A stretch of 64,000 bases of DNA from an uncultured Pelagibacteraceae bacterium (lineage in GTDB: Bacteria > Pseudomonadota > Alphaproteobacteria > Pelagibacterales > Pelagibacteraceae), in assembly GCA_902614835.1 (NCBI GenBank), contig CACMMU010000001.1, forward strand, positions 15,944-79,943, given 5' to 3'. The position numbers and the translations under genes were made by a program. Under the pieces are notes generated by a model, which worked only from the letters and a program-made list of their open reading frames with translations, was not told the origin of the DNA and ran no database searches. Below are positions 38,754 to 48,034 of the stretch, piece after piece; the first letter of the stretch is position 1; each line of letters begins with the position of its first letter.

Positions 38754-41329
38754 AATTTAAAAAACTTGAAATGTCAGGTTTTAAATCTTTTTTTGATAAA
38801 ACTTTTTTTTATATAGAAGATGGTTTAACGGGAATTGTTGGGCCAAATGGGTGTGGAAAATCAAATATTGTTGAAGCATTAAGGTGGTGCATGGGGGAAA
38901 CATCTGCAAAAAGTATGAGAGGTTCTGGGATGGAGGATGTGATTTTTTCAGGAACTTCGAATAGACCAGCAAAAAATATTTCTGAAGTTTCAATAACAAT
39001 TGATAACTCAGAGAAGGAAGGCCAAGGACAGTATTTAGAATTAGAGGAGGTTGTGATTAGAAGAAAAATTGAAAAAGATAAAGGCTCAAAATATTTTATG
39101 AATGATAGAGAAGTGAGAGCAAGAGACGCACAAACTTTTTTTGCAGATCTATCAACTGGAGCGCATTCACCTTCAATGATAAGTCAAGGAAAAATCGGAA
39201 TGATTGTAACAGCCAAACCCTCTGAAAGAAAAACTGTGCTTGAAGAAGCAGCTGGTATTTCTGGAATACATTTAAGAAGACATGAGGCTGAGACAAGATT
39301 GAATGCAGCAGAAAATAATTTAAAAAGAGCGGACGAATTAAAAAAACAGCAAGAAAAACAATTGGAAAGTTTAGAAAAACAAGCTGAAGAGGCAAGTAGA
39401 TACAAGGAAGTTTCACAGCAAATCAAGTCTGTTGAGGCAGGGTTATATTATCTGAAAATTCAAGAAATTGATAAAGAGAAAAATAAAGTTAAAGAAAAAT
39501 CTGATGAGATTCAAATTGAAATTAGTGCGGTAGAAAAAGATTTGAGTCTAAATGACGATCTTGTCAAAGAGGAAATTAGTAAAATTCAACCGTTGAAAGA
39601 TAAAAAATTGGAAAATCTTTCAAAGATTCAAAAGATAAACTTGGAAATTACAAATCTTAACAATAGAGAAAAAGATATTAAAGATTTAAATAAAAAACTA
39701 TCTGACAATATCAGTCAAATAAACTCAGACTTGGAAAGAGAAAAAAGTATTTCTTTAGACGCATCTTTAAATGAGAAAAGAATTTTAGAAGAAAAAAACG
39801 AATTGCTAAAAACAGAAAGGGAATTATTTGACATTGAAAAAAAAGCAGAAATAGATCTTGATATTTCCAAGCAGGATCTAAAAGACAAACAGCTTAAATT
39901 TGATAATTTTTTAGTGAAAAAAGTAAATTCATTCGATTTAAAAGGGCAAGAAAAAATTTTAGAAAACCTTAAAGAAATAAATGAGTCTGTTTCGAGTCTT
40001 TTAGATGAAAATAAGATAAGTGAAGCTAAAAGTAAAAATAATCAGCTAAACGAAATTTTGAAAGATCAAATACAGAATTTGCAAAGCATAGAGACGAATG
40101 ATTTAACATTGGGTTTTAGTGAATTAATCGAAGGTATAACAGTTTCTAGAGAAAAGTACGCAACAATATTTGGAAAAAATGAATCAATACATGAAAACTC
40201 TATTAAAAGAAAAGAAAGAATAAGAAATATTGATCAAGAATTAGAAAATTGGAAAGGTCTAAAGTTAAATTCAGAAAAAATGCTTTTAGAATTAGATAAA
40301 AGAAAAAAAATTATAGAATTTGAATTAGAGGAGAATCGAAAAAATCCTGAAAAAATAGCAATTAGCAAGGGGCAAAACTTACAAAATTTAGAAAATACAA
40401 AAAAAAATAATGAAGAATTAGAAGACGAAATTAAAAAAATCGAAGAAAAATATGGCGTAATAAATAATAATTTAAAGAGTGTCCAAGAAAAATTTACGGT
40501 ATTAAGAGAGGGGAAAGCTAGATTTGAAGCTACAATTGAAGGTATAGATCAAAGAAAAATGGATTTGATTTATATGATGAAGAGTGAACTTAACATAGAT
40601 AATATAAATAATTTATTAAACATATCTGACCTAAACTATGAAGAAAGTTTGCCTACGGTTCCAGAACAAGAAAAAAAGTTAGAAAAGATAAAAAAAAATA
40701 GGGAAGCTATGGGGTCTGTTAATTTACGTGCAGATGTGGAGACAGAAAAATTTAGAACCGCAATTAAAAAAATGGAAGATGATAGAGCAGACCTTGTTTC
40801 TGCGATTGTCAAACTTAAAACAAGTATTAATGAATTAAATCAAAGAGGTAGGGAAAGGCTTTTGGAAGCATTTTCAAAAGTTAACAAAAAATTTAATGAG
40901 GTTTATACAAAACTTTTTAATGGTGGAAGTGCAAAACTTGAGCTAGTCGACTCCGAAGATCCTTTGGAAGCTGGCTTAGAAATGTTGGTCTCACCTCCCG
41001 GTAAAAGACTTCAATCAATAACTTTGTTATCGGGTGGAGAACAGGCGTTAACCGCATTGTCATTAGTTTTTGCAATTTTCTTAACTAATCCTTCTCCCAT
41101 CTGTGTTTTAGATGAGGTTGATGCACCATTAGACGATGCTAACGTGACTCGATTTTGTTCACTATTGGAAGAACTTGTTTCCGTAACAAAAACTAAATTT
41201 ATAATTATAACTCACCATGCACTTACCATGTCAAAAATGAATAGGCTTTATGGAGTAACTATGCCTGAGAAAGGTATAAGCAAATTAGTAGCTGTAAATT
41301 TACAAAAGGCTGAAGAATTAGTAGCTTAA
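38750..41329 (+). CDS. smc: SMC-family chromosome partition ATPase (short form, 859 aa)
   Basis: N-head Walker A GPNGCGKSN. C-head signature LSGGEQALTALSL and Walker B ICVLDEVDAPLDD. Long heptad-rich K/E/L middle. See the finding on the missing hinge. Confidence 0.88.
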   Translation: MKFKKLEMSGFKSFFDKTFFYIEDGLTGIVGPNGCGKSNIVEALRWCMGETSAKSMRGSGMEDVIFSGTSNRPAKNISEVSITIDNSEKEGQGQYLELEEVVIRRKIEKDKGSKYFMNDREVRARDAQTFFADLSTGAHSPSMISQGKIGMIVTAKPSERKTVLEEAAGISGIHLRRHEAETRLNAAENNLKRADELKKQQEKQLESLEKQAEEASRYKEVSQQIKSVEAGLYYLKIQEIDKEKNKVKEKSDEIQIEISAVEKDLSLNDDLVKEEISKIQPLKDKKLENLSKIQKINLEITNLNNREKDIKDLNKKLSDNISQINSDLEREKSISLDASLNEKRILEEKNELLKTERELFDIEKKAEIDLDISKQDLKDKQLKFDNFLVKKVNSFDLKGQEKILENLKEINESVSSLLDENKISEAKSKNNQLNEILKDQIQNLQSIETNDLTLGFSELIEGITVSREKYATIFGKNESIHENSIKRKERIRNIDQELENWKGLKLNSEKMLLELDKRKKIIEFELEENRKNPEKIAISKGQNLQNLENTKKNNEELEDEIKKIEEKYGVINNNLKSVQEKFTVLREGKARFEATIEGIDQRKMDLIYMMKSELNIDNINNLLNISDLNYEESLPTVPEQEKKLEKIKKNREAMGSVNLRADVETEKFRTAIKKMEDDRADLVSAIVKLKTSINELNQRGRERLLEAFSKVNKKFNEVYTKLFNGGSAKLELVDSEDPLEAGLEMLVSPPGKRLQSITLLSGGEQALTALSLVFAIFLTNPSPICVLDEVDAPLDDANVTRFCSLLEELVSVTKTKFIIITHHALTMSKMNRLYGVTMPEKGISKLVAVNLQKAEELVA

Positions 41330-41335
41330 AAACAA

Positions 41336-41626
41336 ATGACCAATTTGGATGATCTTAAAACTCGCCTCAAAATTGCAAAATCTAAATTACAAAAAAAAGC
41401 TTTAGAAAAAGATGATAAAAAGAAAGGTGTTTTCTTGGGAAACGCTTTTAAGCTAGGCTCAGAACTAGTTGCCGCAGTAGCAGTGGGGACAATTATTGGG
41501 TTTATTTTGGATAATTGGTTTGATACTAAACCAATATTAATAATTATTTTTTTTCTTTTTGGAGCTGCGGCAGGAATTACCAATGTGTTTAGGGCTGCAA
41601 AGAGAATGCAAGAACAGGAAGATTAA
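41336..41626 (+). CDS. atpI: ATP synthase protein I (AtpI/AtpZ-like)
   Basis: 96 aa with two TM helices (GSELVAAVAVGTIIGFILD; ILIIIFFLFGAAAGITNVF). Lies immediately upstream of atpB. Confidence 0.72.
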   Translation: MTNLDDLKTRLKIAKSKLQKKALEKDDKKKGVFLGNAFKLGSELVAAVAVGTIIGFILDNWFDTKPILIIIFFLFGAAAGITNVFRAAKRMQEQED

Positions 41627-41629
41627 GTT

Positions 41630-42364
41630 ATGGCAGCAAATCCGATGCACCAGTTTAAAGTTCATACTATTGGACCAGAAATAGAAATTTCCGGAGTAAA
41701 TTTATCTTTCACTAATGCAAGTCTTTTTATGACAATTAGTGGGGTTTTGATAATAGCTTTACTCTTACTTGGAACGAGAGAAAAAAAATTAATTCCAAGC
41801 AAAGCACAGTTATTATCAGAAATGTTGTACAATTTTATAGCGAAAATGATAAGTGACACCGCAGGGAAAAAAGCAAAACCTTTTTTTCCTTTTATATTTA
41901 GTCTTTTTGTTTTTATTTTATTTTGTAACATGGTGGGAATGCTGCCTTACTCCTTCACTGTGACTAGCCACATAATTGTAACATTAACTTTTGCAATATT
42001 CATATTTATTGGGGTAACAATCTTAGGTTTTATAATGCATGGCTTCAAATATTTAAAAATATTTGTACCTAGCGGTGTACCTTTGGTTTTATTGCCAATT
42101 ATATCTATTATTGAAATTATTTCTTATTTGAGTAGACCTATAAGTTTATCTGTAAGACTTTTTGCAAATATGATGGCAGGTCACACTATGCTAAAAGTTT
42201 TTGGAGGCTTTGTTATAAGTTTAGGTTTAATTGGTGGTTGGTTGCCATTAACATTTTCAGTTGCATTGACAGGACTAGAAATACTAGTAGCTTTTTTACA
42301 AGCTTATGTTTTTGCAATATTAACGTGCATTTATTTAAACGATGCACTTAATTTACATCACTAA
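41630..42364 (+). CDS. atpB: F0F1 ATP synthase subunit a
   Basis: Conserved stator arginine context (SLSVRLFANMMAGH) in a multi-TM protein. Confidence 0.96.
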   Translation: MAANPMHQFKVHTIGPEIEISGVNLSFTNASLFMTISGVLIIALLLLGTREKKLIPSKAQLLSEMLYNFIAKMISDTAGKKAKPFFPFIFSLFVFILFCNMVGMLPYSFTVTSHIIVTLTFAIFIFIGVTILGFIMHGFKYLKIFVPSGVPLVLLPIISIIEIISYLSRPISLSVRLFANMMAGHTMLKVFGGFVISLGLIGGWLPLTFSVALTGLEILVAFLQAYVFAILTCIYLNDALNLHH

Positions 42365-42371
42365 CAAAAAA

Positions 42372-42377
42372 AGGAGG
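42372..42377 (+). promoter_or_regulatory. strong Shine-Dalgarno (AGGAGG) for atpE
   Basis: AAAGGAGGAAAAATG: a perfect AGGAGG 4 nt before the atpE ATG. Such a clear SD is rare among the other gene starts I inspected in this window. Confidence 0.6.
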
Positions 42378-42381
42378 AAAA

Positions 42382-42609
42382 ATGGAACTAGAAGCAGCAA
42401 AAATGATCGGGGCAGGTTTAGCCGCTATCGCTTTAGCTGGAGCTGGTGTTGGTATTGGAATAATTTTTGGTAATTATTTATCCGGTGCAATGCGAAACCC
42501 ATCAGCAGCTCAAAAACAATTCCCTAATCTACTTTTGGGTTTTGCTTTAGCTGAAGCTACTGGTCTTTTCGGATTGGTTGTGGCTTTAATAATACTTTTT
42601 GCTTTTTAA
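42382..42609 (+). CDS. atpE: F0F1 ATP synthase subunit c
   Basis: 75-aa hairpin with a GxGxGxG helix (GAGVGIGIIFG), the polar loop RNP and the ion-binding glutamate (FALAEATGLF). Confidence 0.97.
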   Translation: MELEAAKMIGAGLAAIALAGAGVGIGIIFGNYLSGAMRNPSAAQKQFPNLLLGFALAEATGLFGLVVALIILFAF

Positions 42610-42628
42610 ATAATTTTAGGCACAAAGT

Positions 42629-43201
42629 ATGAAAAAGTATTTTATTGTATTTACTCTCTCACTTTTGATGAGTGAAAGACTTATTGGAGCTGAGGCTGGT
42701 ATGCCTCAGCTTGACCCTAAGTATTGGGCTTCACAAGCATTTTGGTTGATATTAATTTTTCTCACAATCTACTTATTAATAGCCAAAATTTTTATTCCAA
42801 AAATAAAGGGCAACATTGACACAAGAGAAGATAAAATGAGAAAAGACTTAGAGGAAGCCAAAACATTTAGAGAGGAAGCGGAAAAAAAACTTAAACTTTA
42901 TGAAGAGTTAATAAAAAAAGCAAAATTAGAGTCAAAAAAAATTATTTCTAATAGTAGACAAAAACTAAACGAAGATATTCAATCAAAAAAAGAGAGCGTA
43001 CAAAAGCAAATTGAACAGGAAATTCTTAAAGCAGAAAAAGAAATAAAAAAATTTAAATTAGACTCAATTCACAAAGTAGGTAGTATTTCTGAAAACATTG
43101 TATCTGACTTGTTAATTGATATCTTTGGAGAAGATGGAAATAAGAGCAGTATTAAAGCAACAGTTTCTGAAGTTGTAAAACAAAGAGTAACGAAAATATG
43201 A
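42629..43201 (+). CDS. atpF2: F0F1 ATP synthase subunit b'
   Basis: N-terminal TM followed by a long charged helix. First of two b-type genes, as in the alphaproteobacterial atpIBEF'F operon. Confidence 0.83.
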   Translation: MKKYFIVFTLSLLMSERLIGAEAGMPQLDPKYWASQAFWLILIFLTIYLLIAKIFIPKIKGNIDTREDKMRKDLEEAKTFREEAEKKLKLYEELIKKAKLESKKIISNSRQKLNEDIQSKKESVQKQIEQEILKAEKEIKKFKLDSIHKVGSISENIVSDLLIDIFGEDGNKSSIKATVSEVVKQRVTKI

Positions 43202-43695
43202 TTATCGATGCAACATTTTGGGTAGCAGTTTCATTTTTAATATTTATCGGTGTTCTTGTTTATCTAAAAGTACCACAAAAAATCGATAATTCATTAAACG
43301 AAATTATCAAAAAAATTAAAGGAGATTTGGATAATGCCGAAAAACTGAAAGATCAAGCAAAAACTTTATTAAGTGAATATGAGACAAAAGTAAGTAAATC
43401 AAAAGATGAGGTTAACAATTTAATTTCTAAGACCAAAAATGAAACTGAAAAAGACATCATTAAGGCTAATGAAGAGTTTCATAAAATAATTGAAAATAGA
43501 AAAAAATCTGCTGAAGAAAAAATTAATCAAATGAAAAATCAAGCTATTAAAGATGTGAAAAATTTATCAGTGGATATTGCAATAAGATCAGTAGAAAAAA
43601 TCATCAAAAATTCAATTGATAAGAAAAAGCTTGATAAAATTTATCTATCAAGCATTGAAGAGACAAAAAAGATTTTAAAAAACAAATCTATCTAG
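43198..43695 (+). CDS. atpF: F0F1 ATP synthase subunit b
   Basis: 165 aa with an N-terminal TM (FWVAVSFLIFIGVLVYL) and a charged helical stalk. ATGA overlap with the b' gene. Confidence 0.85.
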   Translation: MIIDATFWVAVSFLIFIGVLVYLKVPQKIDNSLNEIIKKIKGDLDNAEKLKDQAKTLLSEYETKVSKSKDEVNNLISKTKNETEKDIIKANEEFHKIIENRKKSAEEKINQMKNQAIKDVKNLSVDIAIRSVEKIIKNSIDKKKLDKIYLSSIEETKKILKNKSI

Positions 43696-43711
43696 AGTAA
43701 GATCAAAAAAT

Positions 43712-45178
43712 ATGACAAAAAAGGTTATTGTTGTCGGATCAGGATTCGGCGGGCTAGCTTCAGCTCTAAGATTAAAATCCAAAGGTTATGATGTAACTTT
43801 AGTTGAAAAACATCCCGATCTAGGTGGACGTGCAAGAGTTTTTAAAAAGGGAAATTTTATCTACGATGGTGGTCCCACTGTTATAACTGCTCCATATCTT
43901 TTTGATGAATTATTTTCATTGTTTGATAAAAAAATCTCAGATTACGTTAAAATAGTACCACTTAATTTATGGTACCGTTTTGTTTTTAGTGATGGGGATA
44001 CTTTTGATTACTCGGGCGAAGAAAAATTAATGGAAAAAGAAATTAAGAAATTTTCAGATAAAGATTTTAAAGGGTATAATGATTTAGTCAATTTTACTGA
44101 AAAAATTTTTAATAAAGGTTTTACAGATTTATCTGATAAACCTTTTAATAACTTATCTTTTATGCTCAAACAAATTCCATCTTTATTAAAACTTAAAAGC
44201 TACAAATCTGTTTACGAGTTAGTTTCTAGTTATATATCTAATGAAAAATTACGAAGGGTATTCAGTATGCATCCACTTTTGGTTGGGGGAAATCCCTTTA
44301 CTACTACATCAATATATACCTTAATTTTATTTTTAGAGAAGAAATGGGGAATTCATTATTCAATGGGTGGTACAGGTGAGGTTGTAAAAGCGCTGGAAAA
44401 GTTAATGGTGGAAGAAGGCATTAAAATCATAAAGGATGCGGAGGTTACAGAGATAATAGCAAAAGATAAAAATGTTAAAGCAGTAAAAATTAATAATTCT
44501 AAAATTATGGATTGTAATTATATCGTGTGTAACTCAGACCCGCCTAATGTTTACAAAAACTTAATTAAATCTGAAAATAATTATAATTTTTTATTTAAAC
44601 AAAAAATGAAAAGGATGGATTATTCTATGGGCCTTTTCGTTTATTATTTTGGATCTAAAAAACAATATAAAAATGTTGCACATCACACAATTTATTTTGG
44701 TAAATCTTATGAAGAGCATTTAGAAAAAATTTTTGAAAAAAAAATCATCTCGGAGGATATAAGTTATTATTTACATCGACCATCAGCTACAGATGCTAAT
44801 ATGGCGCCAGATGGACAAGATGCTTTTTATGTTTTGGTGCCCGTCCCCAATAACTTGTCTAATATAAATTGGTCAGTTGAAGGTGAAAAATTTAAAAATT
44901 TAATTTTAGATAAAATGGATAAATCAGTTTTACCTGGTATTAAAGAAAATGTTGTGAGTGATTTTTATCTCACACCAGATTATTTTGAAAAAGATTTGGC
45001 AACACTTCATGGTTCAGGATTTTCTATACAACCTAAATTCTCTCAATCAGCTTATTTTAGATTCCATAATCAATCGGAAGTTTTTGATAATTTATATTTT
45101 GTAGGAGCCGGAACACATCCTGGAGCTGGAATGCCTGGTGTTATTTCCTCAGCCAAGGTGTTAGATAAAATTTTATAA
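43712..45178 (+). CDS. crtI: phytoene desaturase
   Basis: 488 aa. FAD motif VIVVGSGFGGLASALRL...EKHPDLGGRA and the C-terminal bacterial-type desaturase signature (NLYFVGAGTHPGAGMPGV). Confidence 0.93.
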   Translation: MTKKVIVVGSGFGGLASALRLKSKGYDVTLVEKHPDLGGRARVFKKGNFIYDGGPTVITAPYLFDELFSLFDKKISDYVKIVPLNLWYRFVFSDGDTFDYSGEEKLMEKEIKKFSDKDFKGYNDLVNFTEKIFNKGFTDLSDKPFNNLSFMLKQIPSLLKLKSYKSVYELVSSYISNEKLRRVFSMHPLLVGGNPFTTTSIYTLILFLEKKWGIHYSMGGTGEVVKALEKLMVEEGIKIIKDAEVTEIIAKDKNVKAVKINNSKIMDCNYIVCNSDPPNVYKNLIKSENNYNFLFKQKMKRMDYSMGLFVYYFGSKKQYKNVAHHTIYFGKSYEEHLEKIFEKKIISEDISYYLHRPSATDANMAPDGQDAFYVLVPVPNNLSNINWSVEGEKFKNLILDKMDKSVLPGIKENVVSDFYLTPDYFEKDLATLHGSGFSIQPKFSQSAYFRFHNQSEVFDNLYFVGAGTHPGAGMPGVISSAKVLDKIL

Positions 45179-46041
45179 TGACTTCAAAAAATTATTTAAC
45201 GATTTATGCAAAATCTTTTAATTGGTCAGGCTTCTTTTTACCAAAAAAGATTTATTTTAAGTGTTCTGTCTTATATGATTTTTGTAGGACCATCGATAAT
45301 ATAGCTGACCAGAATGCAGATTTGGAAATTAAAAAAAAAGAACTTAAAGAATTTCAAATAAAATTTGAAAAAAATAATAAAGAAGACATTGTAATAAAAA
45401 ATATGCAGAATTTAATGAATGAAACAAATATTTCAAAAAAAATAGTGGATGATTTATTTGATGGGGTAAATTCTGATCTTAAAAAAGAAGTAAGAATAAA
45501 AACAGAAAAGGAATTATTAGTTTATTCCTACAGAGTTGCGGGAACGGTTGGTTTAATGATGGCAAAAATATTTGGAATAAAAAAGAGAGAGACTTTGCAA
45601 AGAGCGATTGATCTAGGAATTGCGATGCAACTAACAAATATAGCAAGAGATGTTGTAGAAGACGAAAAAAAAAACAGAATTTATTTAATAAAAAACTCAA
45701 AAGATATTTTTGAAGATATAAAAAATACTATTTCAAAAGCTGATTCTTTTTATGATAGTTCCTTTGAAGGAATAAAAGATATTCCTATTAGTTGTCGTTT
45801 TTCAATAATTGTAGCAAGAAGAGTTTACAGACAAATAGGAAGAAAAATATTAAAAAAAAAAAATATTGTTAGTTACCGTGAAGCTGGTAAAATTTATGTC
45901 TCAAATTTTGGTAAAATAATTCAAACAATCTTTTCTTTATTTGATTTAGTTGTACTATTCTTTATCGAACCAAAGAAACACAAAAAAGAAAATGAATATA
46001 ATCTTATTAATGAGGATATTAGTTTAAATGAGAGAATTTGA
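45178..46041 (+). CDS. crtB: phytoene synthase
   Basis: Squalene/phytoene synthase motifs (YDFCRTIDNIAD; YSYRVAGTVGLMMA; GIAMQLTNIARDVVED). 1-nt overlap with the crtI stop. Confidence 0.9.
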   Translation: MTSKNYLTIYAKSFNWSGFFLPKKIYFKCSVLYDFCRTIDNIADQNADLEIKKKELKEFQIKFEKNNKEDIVIKNMQNLMNETNISKKIVDDLFDGVNSDLKKEVRIKTEKELLVYSYRVAGTVGLMMAKIFGIKKRETLQRAIDLGIAMQLTNIARDVVEDEKKNRIYLIKNSKDIFEDIKNTISKADSFYDSSFEGIKDIPISCRFSIIVARRVYRQIGRKILKKKNIVSYREAGKIYVSNFGKIIQTIFSLFDLVVLFFIEPKKHKKENEYNLINEDISLNERI

Positions 46042-47086
46042 TTATGTGATTATTGGAGGTGGATGTGCAGGTTTATCACTAGCATACGAGTTAGATATTC
46101 ACCAAAAATTAAATAACAAGACGCTTGCGATTATTGAACCAAGAGAAGAGTACAAGAGAGATAAAACCTGGTCTTTTTGGAAAGTTGCTCCACACAACTT
46201 TGAGGATTGTGTTAAGAAAAATTGGAAAGAATTTTCTATAAAAACATCTTCGGGTTCTAAAATTATTAAATGCGATAGCTTTCCTTATCAAAGTATTGAT
46301 AGCGGACTTTTTTATAATAAGGTTAAACATAGACTAGGAAAAAACAAGAATATTAAATTCTTCAAAAATATAAATGAATTGAATACAAATAATTCATTTA
46401 TTTTTAATAGCGTGCCTTCGTTAGATGGTTTTGGGTCAAATCTTTGGCAACACTTTCAAGGAATTGAAATTGAAACTACTGAAAAATTTTTTGATGATAA
46501 AATTGTAAATTTAATGGATTTTGATTGTGACCAAAGGAATAATGTTCATTTCTTTTACATTTTACCTTTTAGCAAAAATATAGCAATGATTGAGACTACT
46601 TGGTTGTCTAAAGAAGATAAATCACTAAAAGATTACGACTCACAGACAAAGAGCTATATCAATCGTTTAGGTATAAAAGATTATAAAATAAATTTTAAAG
46701 AGGAAGGGGCTATTCCCCTTTTTCATCCAAAATATAAAAAAGAAAAAAATAAGATTAATATTGGAACAGCTGGTGGAATGACAAGATTAAGCACTGGTTA
46801 TACTTTTCTTAATATTCAAGAACATAGTAGATTTATAAGGATTAACCTTGAAAATATTGGAAATACAAAAAAATATGATATAGGGAAAAAATATCAATTT
46901 TTAGATCAAATTTTTTTAAAAGTGTTAAAAAAACATCCAGAAAAAATGCCTGGTATTTTTTTTAAAATGTTTGGTGCTTCGTATGATGCTACTATTAAAT
47001 TTTTATCGAACAAAAGTAATTTTTTTGAGGATTTATCAATAATTTCAAAAATGCCAAAATGGCTATTCATAAAGTCTATTTTTTAA
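46028..47086 (+). CDS. crtY: lycopene beta-cyclase (CrtY type)
   Basis: N-terminal FAD/NAD motif DYVIIGGGCAGLSLA, a WQHF.G-type motif (LWQHFQGIEIE) and FFYILPFS, typical of CrtY. Confidence 0.85.
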   Translation: MREFDYVIIGGGCAGLSLAYELDIHQKLNNKTLAIIEPREEYKRDKTWSFWKVAPHNFEDCVKKNWKEFSIKTSSGSKIIKCDSFPYQSIDSGLFYNKVKHRLGKNKNIKFFKNINELNTNNSFIFNSVPSLDGFGSNLWQHFQGIEIETTEKFFDDKIVNLMDFDCDQRNNVHFFYILPFSKNIAMIETTWLSKEDKSLKDYDSQTKSYINRLGIKDYKINFKEEGAIPLFHPKYKKEKNKINIGTAGGMTRLSTGYTFLNIQEHSRFIRINLENIGNTKKYDIGKKYQFLDQIFLKVLKKHPEKMPGIFFKMFGASYDATIKFLSNKSNFFEDLSIISKMPKWLFIKSIF

Positions 47087-47092
47087 TTAAAT

Positions 47093-48034
47093 ATGATCAA
47101 AAAAATTTACGGTAAACATACATTTTATTTCTCAGTTTTAACAATTTGTCTTTCAATAATTTCCCTATTAATTGAAGAAAATTTTAAACTTTCAAATGAA
47201 TTGATAACTCCACTTTTTTGTTTATTTTTTATTTTATCAATAGGTATCTCTCATGGTGCAATGGATAACTATAAAGCAAATAAATTACTTAAAATTTATA
47301 AATTAAATAATAAATTAATTTTTTTTGTTATTTATATATTGATATCATTTTCTGTAATTTTATTGTGGAGTATATATAGCTCATTAACTTTATTATTTTT
47401 TTTATTAGTTGCCTCTTATCATTTTGGTAGAGAAGATACCTCTTTCCTACACAAGGGTAAATCTATGCTTGATCAACTACTTTATTTGGTTAAAGGCTCT
47501 TTAATTGTATTTTCACCACTTTTTTTTCATTTCGAGGAAACCTTGAAAATTTTTGAAATTTTATTTTTAAGTAAAAATATTTTAATTTTTATCGCCGAAG
47601 AGCACTGGATAATAAATGTTTGTTTAAGTTTAAATATTCTTGGTTATTTTTATTTTGCCTTTAAAAACAGTTTTGAGGACTTTGAAATTATATTTCTTGA
47701 TCTATTATCTATTCTTATTTTGAATTATTTTTTTACGCCTTTAATTGCTTTTACAATTTATTTCTGTTTTCTTCATTCTATACGGCACATCATATCGATT
47801 GCTTATGAATTAAATCCTAGTAACTTTTTAGATGGATTTAAAAATTTTGTTAAAAAAGCGTTGCCATTAACAATTATTACTGCAGTATTATATTTAATTT
47901 CTATTGTTTTCCTTTCAAATTCATATGTCTTAAATGATGCAATTATAAAAGTAATATTTATTGGTTTGGCGTCACTAACATTTCCGCATATATTGCTTGA
48001 ATACTTAATAGAAATAAATGAAAAACGAAATTAA
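47093..48034 (+). CDS. blh: Brp/Blh-family beta-carotene 15,15'-dioxygenase (retinal synthesis)
   Basis: 313-aa polytopic membrane protein with the four spaced His motifs of Blh (ISHGAMD, ASYHFGRED, FLHSIRH, FPHILLE). Follows crtIBY. Confidence 0.85.
   Translation: MIKKIYGKHTFYFSVLTICLSIISLLIEENFKLSNELITPLFCLFFILSIGISHGAMDNYKANKLLKIYKLNNKLIFFVIYILISFSVILLWSIYSSLTLLFFLLVASYHFGREDTSFLHKGKSMLDQLLYLVKGSLIVFSPLFFHFEETLKIFEILFLSKNILIFIAEEHWIINVCLSLNILGYFYFAFKNSFEDFEIIFLDLLSILILNYFFTPLIAFTIYFCFLHSIRHIISIAYELNPSNFLDGFKNFVKKALPLTIITAVLYLISIVFLSNSYVLNDAIIKVIFIGLASLTFPHILLEYLIEINEKRN

Noticed and set aside
41326-41583. 85-aa minus-strand ORF opposite atpI
   Set aside because: It is a shadow of atpI (41336-41626, + strand). 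atpI fits the conserved atpIBEF'F operon and has the expected two-TM topology.
43712-48034. Retinal cassette (crtIBY-blh) as a recently acquired genomic island
   Set aside because: I see no flanking integrase, tRNA, direct repeats or visible compositional shift. Codon and AT usage looks like the neighbouring genes, and junctions are as tight as elsewhere. It may be an old insertion, but it is not a mobile element as seen here.
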